The notes: generated by a model not told the origin, from the letters alone. DNA of 64,000 bases from Cyanobacteria bacterium auto_48_18 (GCA_036170915.1 JAVHQC010000022.1:1-64000), one strand, 5' to 3'; counted from the first letter of the stretch, positions 29,843 through 39,385 are shown. Numbers and translations are program-made.

Positions 29843-30398
29843 ACTGTACTGCGCAAACGGCCGAAATATCTTTCATTTTCGGCAGGCACATTATGTTAAC
29901 GCCAAGGTTTCTGCCTTCAATTGAAGCCATTGGCAATGCCATGGGTACAGGGCGTCCGTTGTTCAAATGGTAGCCATCAACAAAGCCTGCCATTACACCG
30001 ATATCAACAGGTCCTACGTGTAGCGGTTTCCATTGATAAACAGCATAGTTACTCGTCCGACGAATGCTATTGCGATACTGTCCTATGGCAATGGATGAGT
30101 CGTTGCCGATGGCAAAAGGATTGTCTTTGCTGAGTTTGTGTTCGATGCCAATGCCCCAGTTCTGCTCATTGAAATTACGGCTGCGATCAAGGTGATGCGA
30201 GATTCCACCTAGTTGAAGCCAGGTTGATGATGGCTCGTTGCTGACAGTTTGTTTGCGCTCGTTGCTGGCCCGGGCAGCTGTGTCCCAGGCTTGATTGGAG
30301 AGATTGGCGGCGTCAGTTAAGCTGCCGCTATCTAGGCGATTTTGTTCTGCAGATGCTTCGCGCAAATTGAACTGAGGTGAGGCGGAATCAGATGGCAT
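29826..30398 (-). CDS. Small beta-barrel-like protein (PagP-like) with polar N-terminal extension
   Basis: SHH..FNEQNWGIG, YRNS, AGFVDGY, alternating strands, terminal aromatic FKVRY. Confidence 0.65.
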   Translation of the reverse strand: MPSDSASPQFNLREASAEQNRLDSGSLTDAANLSNQAWDTAARASNERKQTVSNEPSSTWLQLGGISHHLDRSRNFNEQNWGIGIEHKLSKDNPFAIGNDSSIAIGQYRNSIRRTSNYAVYQWKPLHVGPVDIGVMAGFVDGYHLNNGRPVPMALPMASIEGRNLGVNIMCLPKMKDISAVCAVQFKVRY

Positions 30399-30498
30399 GG
30401 ATTTTGATTGCTACATTGGGGTGAATGTAGCTACCTTAGCGATTTTTTGTGGCATTTTATTGGCGTTTGCGAAACTTTTCGCGGTGCCGCAAAATTCG

Positions 30499-31146
30499 TT
30501 AGTCACTGACCGGGGAAGCCGTCATGTGGTTTCGGGGCGTAAACTTAAATCTCTTGCCGTAGACAGCCACAAATATATCGGAGAGCCACAGCGGCATCCA
30601 TGCGCAAGAATCCATTATTAAACGGCAGTCTTCGCGCTTAAGCATGCTGGTGGCCTGAATAAAGATTTCTCGAGTAATCTCGACTTTTAAGCCTACATGC
30701 CAAAGGCCTCTCACTACGGTTCCTGCTTTTGTCTTAGCCAGGTGCATTTTCTTTTCACAAGCCGTGCGCAATTGGATTGGAATCCAACCTTTGACCAAAT
30801 GGAATTTACTGGTGCAGCCATTTACAAGATAAGTTTTTTGTTTGTTCTTTTCTGCTTTCAGGCCTATGCGCTCGGCAGCATCAGCACAGTGCTCAAGGAT
30901 TTTCTTGCCAAACGAACTTGCTTTCAATGCAGCAATTTCATCGATTGAATAAGAAGGTCTGGCCGTTTCCGCGTAGACGAACATACCCCTGACCACACGT
31001 ATCAGCATGCCTTCATCCACAAGACGACTCAACGTTTTATCGACGTTATGCCTCAACCCAGTGCCAAGGCAATCACGAGTTGTGAAAAGGGTTCCCGGCG
31101 GCAAAGAGAGAAAATATCGAACTATTTCGGCGCGACAGTTATCCAT
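30499..31146 (-). CDS. DUF6088/AbiEi-like winged-HTH protein (type IV antitoxin-like)
   Basis: FTTRD...VDKTLSRLVDEGMLIRVVRGMF; AAGGAG RBS. Confidence 0.8.
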   Translation of the reverse strand: MDNCRAEIVRYFLSLPPGTLFTTRDCLGTGLRHNVDKTLSRLVDEGMLIRVVRGMFVYAETARPSYSIDEIAALKASSFGKKILEHCADAAERIGLKAEKNKQKTYLVNGCTSKFHLVKGWIPIQLRTACEKKMHLAKTKAGTVVRGLWHVGLKVEITREIFIQATSMLKREDCRLIMDSCAWMPLWLSDIFVAVYGKRFKFTPRNHMTASPVSD

Positions 31147-31264
31147 GTGGAAGCTCCTTTGATTTGAGTAGCAAAGTAAGTGCTTCTAGGTAAAACGTTT
31201 TTTTGCGGTGGATAGTTCAATGGTTTTGAAAATCAAAAAAAAACACTTCGGGGGATTCTTCGAT

Positions 31265-31311
31265 GTTTTTCGGACATTTTAAAATTGCTTTTTTTAAATT
31301 GTCCGAAAAAC
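31265..31311. promoter_or_regulatory. 20-bp inverted repeat, putative operator
   Basis: GTTTTTCGGACATTTTAAAA-N7-TTTTAAATTGTCCGAAAAAC, 19/20 match, about 120 bp upstream of the AbiEi-like gene. Confidence 0.7.
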
Positions 31312-31429
31312 TCTCAATAATCAAAATACGTGGGAGATTCTCAATCCAAGCCACTCCCCACCACTCCACCAACCTGGCAAAACCTTTATACTACTTCAAG
31401 TAGCAATGCGGTCACAAAGAAAATAGCGA

Positions 31430-31457
31430 AAGAAACACCCTGACTTGGGTGTTTCTT
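31430..31457 (-). terminator. Rho-independent terminator
   Basis: AAGAAACACCC-TGACTT-GGGTGTTTCTT; T-rich tail on the minus strand. Confidence 0.7.
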
Positions 31458-31497
31458 CCACGTATTTTTAAATCGCGCAGGCCACTTTTTAAGTATA

Positions 31498-31818
31498 TTA
31501 GTCCACGCTTTTCTGCAAAAAGATGCGCACTGTAGCGCCGTCCTTCACTGGCACTTTTGCTGATAAGTGTCCCAAGTGCAAACCAGGATTAGGCAGTTTG
31601 ATTGTTCCTTGAATAAGCAGACCTTCCAGGTGAAGCGGCATAATTGTTTGCGACGGTGTGATGGTTACAGCTATTGGACATTCTGTCGTAATTGAGCCAG
31701 ATATCAATTCAATGGCGCATCCTTTTTCAAGGCAAACTCCATCAACGATGGTCAGCTTTTCGCCAGAGCAGGTCTCAATTTTGCCGCTGTGAATCCAAAC
31801 CGGATGATTTTTTGTCAT
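31498..31818 (-). CDS. Hypothetical protein
   Basis: 106 aa; A-rich leader; terminator downstream. Confidence 0.55.
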   Translation of the reverse strand: MTKNHPVWIHSGKIETCSGEKLTIVDGVCLEKGCAIELISGSITTECPIAVTITPSQTIMPLHLEGLLIQGTIKLPNPGLHLGHLSAKVPVKDGATVRIFLQKSVD

Positions 31819-31878
31819 ATGACATTTTTTTTGAGTGAAAGAATGGTGTTGACGTGTTCGTCTGACCGCGAATGCCGA

Positions 31879-32259
31879 CTAATAGAGCACAATTTTCTGC
31901 GGCGGCACCGGTATGTATTCCATGGTCAGGTTCGCACGCAGTGGGTCGATGAGATAAATGGCACCATCTCTCTGCAGGGTCCACATAGGCGCTCCGTCTG
32001 CACTTTTGGCCATACCATGCAGCCATTTTTGCATAGTCAGATAGGTTTGCACTTCGGTGCTGAAACTGAGATGCAAAATAGCGAACGGTTCAGCAGGCAG
32101 TTTTGCCAGAGTTTCTTTGATTGCGTCTTCGCGGTTGGCATAGCCTGTGAGAATCTTTCCTGCGGCATTGAGCAAGCCGTTTTTGAAAGAGCCTTCGCGA
32201 TCGCAAAAAATCGATTTAGCGGTTGAGCCGATGGTCGGCACATAAATTACGGTTTTCAT
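31879..32259 (-). CDS. Hypothetical protein
   Basis: 126 aa; A-rich leader. Confidence 0.6.
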   Translation of the reverse strand: MKTVIYVPTIGSTAKSIFCDREGSFKNGLLNAAGKILTGYANREDAIKETLAKLPAEPFAILHLSFSTEVQTYLTMQKWLHGMAKSADGAPMWTLQRDGAIYLIDPLRANLTMEYIPVPPQKIVLY

Positions 32260-32323
32260 GATTTGCTTTTTTTGTTTGAGAATTGTTTTGACTTTCGAGC
32301 CGAGATTGAAGAGCGATCAGAAT

Positions 32324-32503
32324 TCAGGGCTGCATGTACGGCCGGTAGAGGCGCCTTAGCACACAGAAGCCAGCCAGGTAGAAGACCACTCCCAGAAGGG
32401 GGCCCAACGTGCCCAGTGTGCAGAGCCAGATCGAGATGAAGACCACAATAACAACGCCAAGTATGGCGCCGAGCATCAATGCGATGTACTTGAGATAGAG
32501 CAT
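32324..32503 (-). CDS. Small two-TM membrane protein
   Basis: ATG 32503 (MLYLKYIALM); two hydrophobic helices. Confidence 0.6.
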   Translation of the reverse strand: MLYLKYIALMLGAILGVVIVVFISIWLCTLGTLGPLLGVVFYLAGFCVLRRLYRPYMQP

Positions 32504-32724
32504 GTCTATTTTTTTAGTGAATGAAACAGGCGTGCACCGGTTTCTCAAAAACTAAGAGAAAAAGCGAAGAGATTGGAGCTAATACTTACTTTGCTTGCTG
32601 AGAAAGAGGCTTAGACCTGGTATTTCTTTAATTGGAGAATATGCTTTCACCCTACGTACAATGGCGGCTGGCTACAAGGCAATATTGCCGCTAATGCAGC
32701 ATTTAAGAGCAATTCCTTACTGCT

Positions 32725-32750
32725 CAACTGAGTTACTTAACAATAGCGCC
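32725..32750. repeat. 26-bp element, inverted copy at 39386-39411
   Basis: CAACTGAGTTACTTAACAATAGCGCC; 25/26 identical to the reverse complement of 39386-39411. Confidence 0.9.
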
Positions 32751-32756
32751 TTGCAG

Positions 32757-34028
32757 TTAGTCGGGTTGCGCCTCGCGCGCCTTGGCTAAATCTGCTTCGG
32801 CATGTTTTTCATCTTTCATCAGACGATAGAGATGAGCGCGACCTTGATAGGCTTCTTTGGCGGCGTTAGGAGAGCGATTGATTGCTGCGGTGTAGTCGGC
32901 CATGGCTTTGTCATATTGCTTGAGGGCTTCGTATGACTGAGCGCGCCCGATGCGGCTTGGTTCAGAATCTGGATTGGCTTTTAGGGCGTGGGTAAATTCT
33001 GCGATTGCTTTAGGATACTGTTTGCCCATAGCCTGATAAATGGCGCCGCGTGTCTCGTAGGCGACGTTTAAATCTGGATTTTCGGCAATAACTAAATTGG
33101 CATCAGCCATGGCTTGTGCCAATTTTTTTGTTTTCCGGTAGCAATCCGCTCGCAACAGCAGGGCCACGGCGCGATCGTTTTTGGCGATGGTCTTCGTGGA
33201 GCTAACTGATTCTGCTTTCTTGCATTGCTCGATTACCGAGCCGGCATCTTTGATGGCGGCAACATAGTTTTTCTGTTTGTAGTAACTGATGGCTCGCTTT
33301 AACTCGGCTCTGCGTCCCAGTGTTTGATCCGAATCTGTTTTTCCTAACTTGATGGCTTGGTTGAAGTGCTCGATTGCTTTTTTCTGATCGGCTGATTTTT
33401 GTAAAAGGTTACCGATATGTAGATGCAGCGCTGCACTGGGTGTAGCAGCCACCTGTGCGGTGAGATAATCTATAGCACCTTTGATATTTCCTTCTCTTTC
33501 GAGATCATTGGCTTTGGTGTCGATCACATCAGTCAGCAGTTTTTGCTGACGGGCTGGGCGCAACTTGATGTATTGCTGCATGTCGGCATTGGCTTCTTTG
33601 AATTTGCCTTGTTTCCGATAAGCAATGGCTCTGTTGTGATAAGGCATGGGCGATTTAGGATTGAGCTTTATCGCCGTTGTGTAATCAGCTACAGCTTTGT
33701 CCATTTGATCGCTCATGGCATAACAAAATGCACGCCTGTCGTATGCGTCAGAAAGTTTGGCATCAAGGCGAATCGCTTCGTTAGCATCTTTCATTGCCAG
33801 GTCGTATTGATCAAGATCAACGTATTCAGCTGCCCGTTCAGCGAAAAATCCAGCATTGCCGGCCGCTTGTTTCTCAACAGACTTGAGAATCTGCATGGCA
33901 CTTGCCACTTTTTTTTCTTTTCGCAGCTTGTAGGCTTCGATGACGGCTTTGTCAACAATACGGTCTGCAAAGGCAGCTTGATTTGAAAATAGCAACGCTG
34001 CACAAACTAGGGCTACTTTGTTTCTCAA
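32757..34028 (-). CDS. Exported TPR-repeat protein
   Basis: Signal peptide; many AxADYTxAIxLNP-type TPRs. Confidence 0.9.
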   Translation of the reverse strand: MRNKVALVCAALLFSNQAAFADRIVDKAVIEAYKLRKEKKVASAMQILKSVEKQAAGNAGFFAERAAEYVDLDQYDLAMKDANEAIRLDAKLSDAYDRRAFCYAMSDQMDKAVADYTTAIKLNPKSPMPYHNRAIAYRKQGKFKEANADMQQYIKLRPARQQKLLTDVIDTKANDLEREGNIKGAIDYLTAQVAATPSAALHLHIGNLLQKSADQKKAIEHFNQAIKLGKTDSDQTLGRRAELKRAISYYKQKNYVAAIKDAGSVIEQCKKAESVSSTKTIAKNDRAVALLLRADCYRKTKKLAQAMADANLVIAENPDLNVAYETRGAIYQAMGKQYPKAIAEFTHALKANPDSEPSRIGRAQSYEALKQYDKAMADYTAAINRSPNAAKEAYQGRAHLYRLMKDEKHAEADLAKAREAQPD

Positions 34029-34152
34029 TTTTTCTCCAGGGCGATGCGGCTATTATTTTAGCGCATAAGCCAAAATTGCAACGGAGACCGGCTAGTCAAA
34101 GGCATCCATACTACTATGCGGATGCGTAGATGATGGCTTTTTAAAAGATAAA

Positions 34153-34191
34153 AGTAAAAAAGAGGTTGATTGGTTCAACCTCTTTTTTACT
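34153..34191. terminator. Bidirectional terminator
   Basis: 17-bp stem AGTAAAAAAGAGGTTGA-TTGGT-TCAACCTCTTTTTTACT. Confidence 0.85.
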
Positions 34192-34198
34192 GAATACA

Positions 34199-34468
34199 TC
34201 AATCTTTGTCGCGAATGTATTCAACCACCAGGACGATGATGAAAGGCAGTAAGAATCGCCATTGCATACCAAAGATGGCAAAGGCAATTAGTGCCAGGGC
34301 GTTGTAGACAAAAGATGTTATAGCCGCTCTTGCAACCTTTTTAGCATTGGCCTGCTTAATCCAATCGAGCGGGATGATTGGACGCACAAAGCGCAGGACG
34401 GGCTTACTGACAAAGTAAACGATAACCAGCGCAAGGATAGCCAGAACGAGTGATGCGATTGAGTTCAT
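34199..34468 (-). CDS. Small membrane protein
   Basis: ATG 34468 (MNSIASLV); three hydrophobic segments. Confidence 0.7.
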   Translation of the reverse strand: MNSIASLVLAILALVIVYFVSKPVLRFVRPIIPLDWIKQANAKKVARAAITSFVYNALALIAFAIFGMQWRFLLPFIIVLVVEYIRDKD

Positions 34469-34549
34469 GTTTTTGATTTGTTTTTTTTGTGAATTAAAAG
34501 AGGAGTTGAACATCGGTTCAACTCCCGGTTCTCTAATAACGTAGTAGCG

Positions 34550-35347
34550 CTAATTCAAATTAACGGTTAGCCAGGGCAAGTTTTTCTGCACGAGCTCGCT
34601 GATGAGCCCGCTAACTACAGCTGCAGCTGTCATTCTGGCGGTTTTGTACTCATTGCTTTTCTGCAGTCCGTTGAGGTCTGGTGTATTCATCCCGGTCCTC
34701 AACATCTGGCCGGTTCGCCAGCTCAATGATACTAACTGACCGGCTGTAACCAGGTCACAGGCGCAGGAGCAGATTGAAGCGATTGTCAATGCCTCGTTGT
34801 CGTCGCGCCTGATGGCGTCTTTCTGAAAAGTAGCGGCGAAACGGTCTGCCAGGAGCCACGCTGCTCTCAAGCGTGCACGTTGGCTTCTGTCGGCTTCTTC
34901 GGCAATGACATGCAGATAGTCCTGTTTGCCTCTTGAGTGAACAGGCAGACAGAGTAATTTGTCGTCGGTCATTTCCAGCAATGCTGCGTTATGCAGTGCG
35001 GTTTGCCGTTGCGCCATGATTTTGCCCAAAAGTGCATTAACGGCGTTCAGTCCTTCAGCCACTCCTAGTGAGCGAGCAATGCGATACTCCCACTGTTCAC
35101 TGTCGGGCAGCTCTTCCATTTTCTTCAGCTCGCGAAAGGCAACGTCAAGTTCAGTGTCGATGCATGTGGACAAGTCGTTTGCCATGTCGGTCAGGCAGAG
35201 GCCGATGAAGAAATAGATACGCGCCTTCTTGTCGGCGGGAATTTCTGCTTTAGCAAAGACGTTCTTGAATTCGCGAATATGCATCCGCTGGTGGTCGTTT
35301 TGAACCCGTACCAGGAAAAGCTGGCGGTGAGCGATTCTTTCGTTCAT
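34550..35347 (-). CDS. Hypothetical alpha-helical protein
   Basis: 265-aa ORF; no recognised motif. Confidence 0.7.
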   Translation of the reverse strand: MNERIAHRQLFLVRVQNDHQRMHIREFKNVFAKAEIPADKKARIYFFIGLCLTDMANDLSTCIDTELDVAFRELKKMEELPDSEQWEYRIARSLGVAEGLNAVNALLGKIMAQRQTALHNAALLEMTDDKLLCLPVHSRGKQDYLHVIAEEADRSQRARLRAAWLLADRFAATFQKDAIRRDDNEALTIASICSCACDLVTAGQLVSLSWRTGQMLRTGMNTPDLNGLQKSNEYKTARMTAAAVVSGLISELVQKNLPWLTVNLN

Positions 35348-35397
35348 GTTTGTGCATTTTTAAAGTGTTAAACAATCAAGTAACTGCTGAATGCACG

Positions 35398-35652
35398 TTA
35401 CGAAACAGGCTGAATCAGGTAATAATTCCCGTCGCTGTGGTCAGGTACTAGGTCATATTTCCAGCCTTGGCTTTCAATTTCAGCCAGTAGTTTTGCTTCC
35501 GTTTTTTTCGTTTTGAAAGCGCTTTGACTGAAGGTAAAAGCCTTTCCACCTTTTTGCAGAGCAATAGCAATAAGGATGCGCCTGATATAGGTGGTATTGG
35601 TCTCTTTTTTGTGCGCAGCCCGAGCCTCGGCTGGTGTTGGAAATGTGTTCAT
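35398..35652 (-). CDS. Hypothetical protein
   Basis: ATG 35652 (MNTFPTPAEAR) avoids overlap with the upstream ORF. Confidence 0.6.
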   Translation of the reverse strand: MNTFPTPAEARAAHKKETNTTYIRRILIAIALQKGGKAFTFSQSAFKTKKTEAKLLAEIESQGWKYDLVPDHSDGNYYLIQPVS

Positions 35653-35737
35653 AATACAAATTACATTTGTGATGCTGGAAGCATAGTTTGCTCCCAGCAT
35701 CATTTGAAAAATGTTGTTACTAAATCGGAGGCTAATC

Positions 35738-36634
35738 TCAATTGTTGCGAGGGCCAGCGGGGCCTGGTTGCGGACTATCTGACGACGGTGCACGATGACC
35801 TTGCTTCTCCACTTCGGTAATTGAGCCGTAAGCCATAAATGCATCGCGTACCATAGAGTTGCATGCACCAGCTACGGTGGCGGCGGTCATGGCATAGGCT
35901 AGCAGCCACTGCTTGCGAACGCCGGCGTCTTTGGGTGACAAATCGCCAATCATAGCTATGGTGTTGATAGAGACATCAGCAAGGCTCACGGCCTGAGCAA
36001 TTACCTTTTTGCCAAAGTCGATAATTTCGCGCAAAGTTTGCACTTGCACTCGACCTTCAAATGATTGGTCTTCAGGCACGAAATAATTGGCGCTGACCTC
36101 GTTTGAGCAAATGGAAAGCTCTCCGACGATTGAATCGACCACGTTCCGCAGCATCTTCAGTTGTGCATTGACTGCACCATCGTGCGGTCCCATAGCTTCA
36201 TTTGAAACCTTCTCCTCTCCGCGGCTGAGGTTACCTACAATAAAGGTGCTTGCATGCAGCATAAATCCATTTACCCGGCTCAAAAGTTCGTTACCGATGA
36301 TTTGCGCGTGAGCCAACACCTTGATTTTAACCAGCGCTTCAATAATGAGCCGTTCTTTCTCAGTGTCGTCATTGGTGGCATAAACTTGCCCACTTAATGA
36401 CGTTACTTGTTGGCTCAAATCGCCGCATTGTATTTGCAACCAATCGCGCTGGTCCAGTACTTTCAAGCCAGCGTTAATCAGCACAGCCGTGCGGTGGTCA
36501 TGCTGTTCCGCTTGGAAGCCTTTGAGTATTTGCCTCAGCGCACTGCCCTGCGAATCAAGCTCTATGTGTGAAGAGCCGCGGTGCGAGAGCGAGAGCACCA
36601 TCATTAAGTCTGTTATTTTTTCTTTGCTAAACAT
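35738..36634 (-). CDS. Hypothetical alpha-helical protein
   Basis: 298-aa ORF; no recognised motif. Confidence 0.7.
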   Translation of the reverse strand: MFSKEKITDLMMVLSLSHRGSSHIELDSQGSALRQILKGFQAEQHDHRTAVLINAGLKVLDQRDWLQIQCGDLSQQVTSLSGQVYATNDDTEKERLIIEALVKIKVLAHAQIIGNELLSRVNGFMLHASTFIVGNLSRGEEKVSNEAMGPHDGAVNAQLKMLRNVVDSIVGELSICSNEVSANYFVPEDQSFEGRVQVQTLREIIDFGKKVIAQAVSLADVSINTIAMIGDLSPKDAGVRKQWLLAYAMTAATVAGACNSMVRDAFMAYGSITEVEKQGHRAPSSDSPQPGPAGPRNN

Positions 36635-36690
36635 CTGCTTTAAGCTTTAAATGGTGAATAAATAAAAGAGATTGCCGGCGGTGTTCCGCG

Positions 36691-37164
36691 TTACGCTTCA
36701 GCATCACCGAACAGAAGCTGCAACTGAGAAAGCAGCATTTGTTCAGAAATGACCGATTCTTCAAACAGCGCATGCGAAGGGTTACCGAGCACCGGGGTGT
36801 CATAACCAATCATAATGCCCGAAAGAAGACCGGAACTGAGGAAGTTTTCGACCTGCTGGCCCTGCACCACTGGTACTTGTTCTGCCGTAATCATCGAGCG
36901 CAAGATGGCGGTTTGCACCAGATCTGACTGAGGGACCTCTGCTGTAAGACTGTCGTAGTCAGCTTCAGACAAGGCACTGAAAGTCAGCACCGCGGCCAAT
37001 ACCATTGAGCGGCTGCATTCGCGAGCAAGCCTCTGGCTCTGGTAATCAGTTAAGAAGCAATTAGCGGCTGCGACCAGTTGTTCGTTGTTGTACTTTGCGA
37101 GTTGAGCAATCATGATTGTAAGTTTTGTGCACAATGAGTCATCGTCATCGTGCTGGTTAAACAA
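36691..37164 (-). CDS. Hypothetical protein
   Basis: 157 aa; TTG start is uncertain. Confidence 0.6.
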   Translation of the reverse strand: MFNQHDDDDSLCTKLTIMIAQLAKYNNEQLVAAANCFLTDYQSQRLARECSRSMVLAAVLTFSALSEADYDSLTAEVPQSDLVQTAILRSMITAEQVPVVQGQQVENFLSSGLLSGIMIGYDTPVLGNPSHALFEESVISEQMLLSQLQLLFGDAEA

Positions 37165-37275
37165 ATTTTTTAAAAGCTTTTCCCTTCTTAGGAATTAAAA
37201 TTGGAGGCTAACCAATGAACCAGATTTGCGGCTAACTGCCCAAGTCTGATCCATTGGTTATTCCCCAAAGGCAAT

Positions 37276-38484
37276 TTACTTCTTCAGATAATCTGCCATT
37301 TGCCTGCGACCCAGAGCAATACGTGAGCCATCAGCTTCCATGCTCAGAATCACCACTTCTGTCTGCTGGCCAGGCTGGAAAGTTTCTTTCTTGCCACCAG
37401 CAGTGTTACCCAGGTCGCTTACGTGCAACAGCCCTTCAACACCGTCTCCAATGTGAACAAAGTAACCGTAGACTTTCGCTCTAAGAATTTGCGCTGCAAC
37501 AACCATGCCGGGTTCCAGCATTTTTAGTGTGCGTTTCTTGCCAAGCGATTTCATCGAGAACGAGATGCGCTGTAATTCCGGCTGTACTTTGGTTACTTCC
37601 ATTTCGATGGTTTCACCGATTTTCAGCACTTCGTTGGCTTTGTTGCGTGGATAGCCTGCTACTTCGGTGCGGTAAATAAGACCGGTGATGCCGTTGCCGA
37701 TAGTCACCAGAACACTCATGTCGATGTCGTTCTTCGCGGCTTTGATGAACTTAATTACGGTGCCGGTTACTGCATCTCCAGGGCTGTAGCTGGCGATTTC
37801 TTTGCTCAAATTTTCTTTGGCAGCATCTCTCTGGCTTAAAACCAGGTAGCCGAATTCACCGCCTTTATGCGGATCAACGCCCTGAATCTTGGCGGTTATC
37901 ACCGTGTCCACCATGGCCTCGGCGTCAGTGCCAGGGTTCAGTTCACTGTTAGGAATAAATCCACGCACACCTTTCAGCCCGTCCGATTCAAAGACAACTC
38001 TTAAACCGGCCGCCCTCCTCGTGCGCCTGTCGGTTGCCAGAGCGAATACTCTTACGCTTACTTGCTCGCCGGCTTCGTTGATTTCTTTCAACTTTTCCCA
38101 TGCTTTGGCCTGCACATGTGATGCGGTAACGATGCCTTCGTCATTCTTGTCTGAGGTGACAAAGAAGGTTTCGTTGTCTCCGATTTCCAGGTTGCCGGCT
38201 TCTGCAGCAGGAATGAACGCATCGTACTTAAGGCCGATGTTGATGAAGATACCCTTCTTGTTCTTGATGGTCACTTCACCTTGAATGAAATCTTTGCGGC
38301 CAGGATTGGCTGCAATGTTTCTGCCTTCAAGAAGTGCCGTCATCTGCTCATGCTGCAGGGCTGCGGTTTCCAGTTCACCAGGTTCAAGGAATGCAGGGTC
38401 GATTGTTTTCAGGCGATCGTAACCGAACAGTTTTCTGTTTGCATTTTTGGTTTTCTTTGCTGTTTTTGCATTTGCGTTTGCCAT
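37276..38484 (-). CDS. Multi-S1-domain RNA-binding protein (divergent ribosomal protein bS1 paralog)
   Basis: Four S1-like repeats: GIFINIGLKYDAFIP, GVRGFIPNSEL, GITGLIYRTEV...RISFSMK, YGYFVHIGDGVEGLLHVSDL. Confidence 0.85.
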   Translation of the reverse strand: MANANAKTAKKTKNANRKLFGYDRLKTIDPAFLEPGELETAALQHEQMTALLEGRNIAANPGRKDFIQGEVTIKNKKGIFINIGLKYDAFIPAAEAGNLEIGDNETFFVTSDKNDEGIVTASHVQAKAWEKLKEINEAGEQVSVRVFALATDRRTRRAAGLRVVFESDGLKGVRGFIPNSELNPGTDAEAMVDTVITAKIQGVDPHKGGEFGYLVLSQRDAAKENLSKEIASYSPGDAVTGTVIKFIKAAKNDIDMSVLVTIGNGITGLIYRTEVAGYPRNKANEVLKIGETIEMEVTKVQPELQRISFSMKSLGKKRTLKMLEPGMVVAAQILRAKVYGYFVHIGDGVEGLLHVSDLGNTAGGKKETFQPGQQTEVVILSMEADGSRIALGRRQMADYLKK

Positions 38485-38665
38485 GTTGTTTAAAATTAGT
38501 GCTCGTCAGAGCGTTTAAAAATAAAGCCCCTGTGCATCGTTAATTGCTTAACGCCGCAGTTTTACGCCATTTGCACCTCGAGTTACGAGTTACAGAGTCG
38601 TCTTCAGGTGGGGATAACTGAATGTTTTCAATAAAAGAAAATTGTGTGTTTAGAGACCGAACCGA

Positions 38666-38953
38666 CTAATTGCTGTGCTTATCGACAATCAGTTTTTGCA
38701 GTTGACGTTTTGCCCGTGCAGGTAAATGCTTGCCGAAGCTAAGACCACTATTCAGCAGTTTGCCGAATTTGGTGTCTTCATTTGTAAGCTGTGAAGCGTG
38801 AGCAAAAATCTCCTTAGCGCTAACCGGGTATTTGACGGCAAAGAGCACTTCTTCTTTTTGCTGTTTGCGTTTGCGATTTACGTAGGTAGCGTGACCAACA
38901 ATTAAGGCGGTGGCGGCGAAGGCCAGAAGGGCGATGAAATTACTACTTTTCAT
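38666..38953 (-). CDS. Hypothetical single-TM protein
   Basis: 95 aa; N-terminal TM; first gene of the cluster. Confidence 0.65.
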   Translation of the reverse strand: MKSSNFIALLAFAATALIVGHATYVNRKRKQQKEEVLFAVKYPVSAKEIFAHASQLTNEDTKFGKLLNSGLSFGKHLPARAKRQLQKLIVDKHSN

Positions 38954-39385
38954 GACTGAAATTTTTGAGGTGAATAAATGTTTGAAATCTGTTTGAAAAT
39001 TGCTGACACTTTCCCATCTCCTCAGACGGAAGATTCGGATATGCGGTGGTGGCAGTGACTTGGGTTTTGAAGGTTTTTTTTGAATCTTGCGGAGAGGTGG
39101 TGATTGAGTTATGTCACTACCCTAATGCTGCAGCGCTGTAGATCAAAGGAATTTTGGGCCGTTACTCGCTCAGACCGAAGGCAAGCAAAAAAGGCACAGG
39201 CGCCTCAATGCCGCTGCGGGGCCAGTTTTACCTCTTTAATAGAAGAATATCTGTGGGCATCTTCCCATGGCCTTTTGCCTTTGTAAACTGACTTGGATGC
39301 TGCTAAACAGCAGGCTGGCGGAGACTTGACCCGCTGACTAAAGTGCGCGAAATTCCACCGTCTGGGCGTTTCCTTTGTGTGATAT

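Noticed and set aside
31170..32595. 12-bp inverted repeat AGCAAAGTAAGT
   Set aside because: Several 12-mer inverted matches at this distance are expected by chance in 64 kb.
37206..37263. Hairpin as an integron attC site
   Set aside because: The spacer next to AAC/GTT is paired rather than unpaired, no repeated attC array is visible and there is no integrase.
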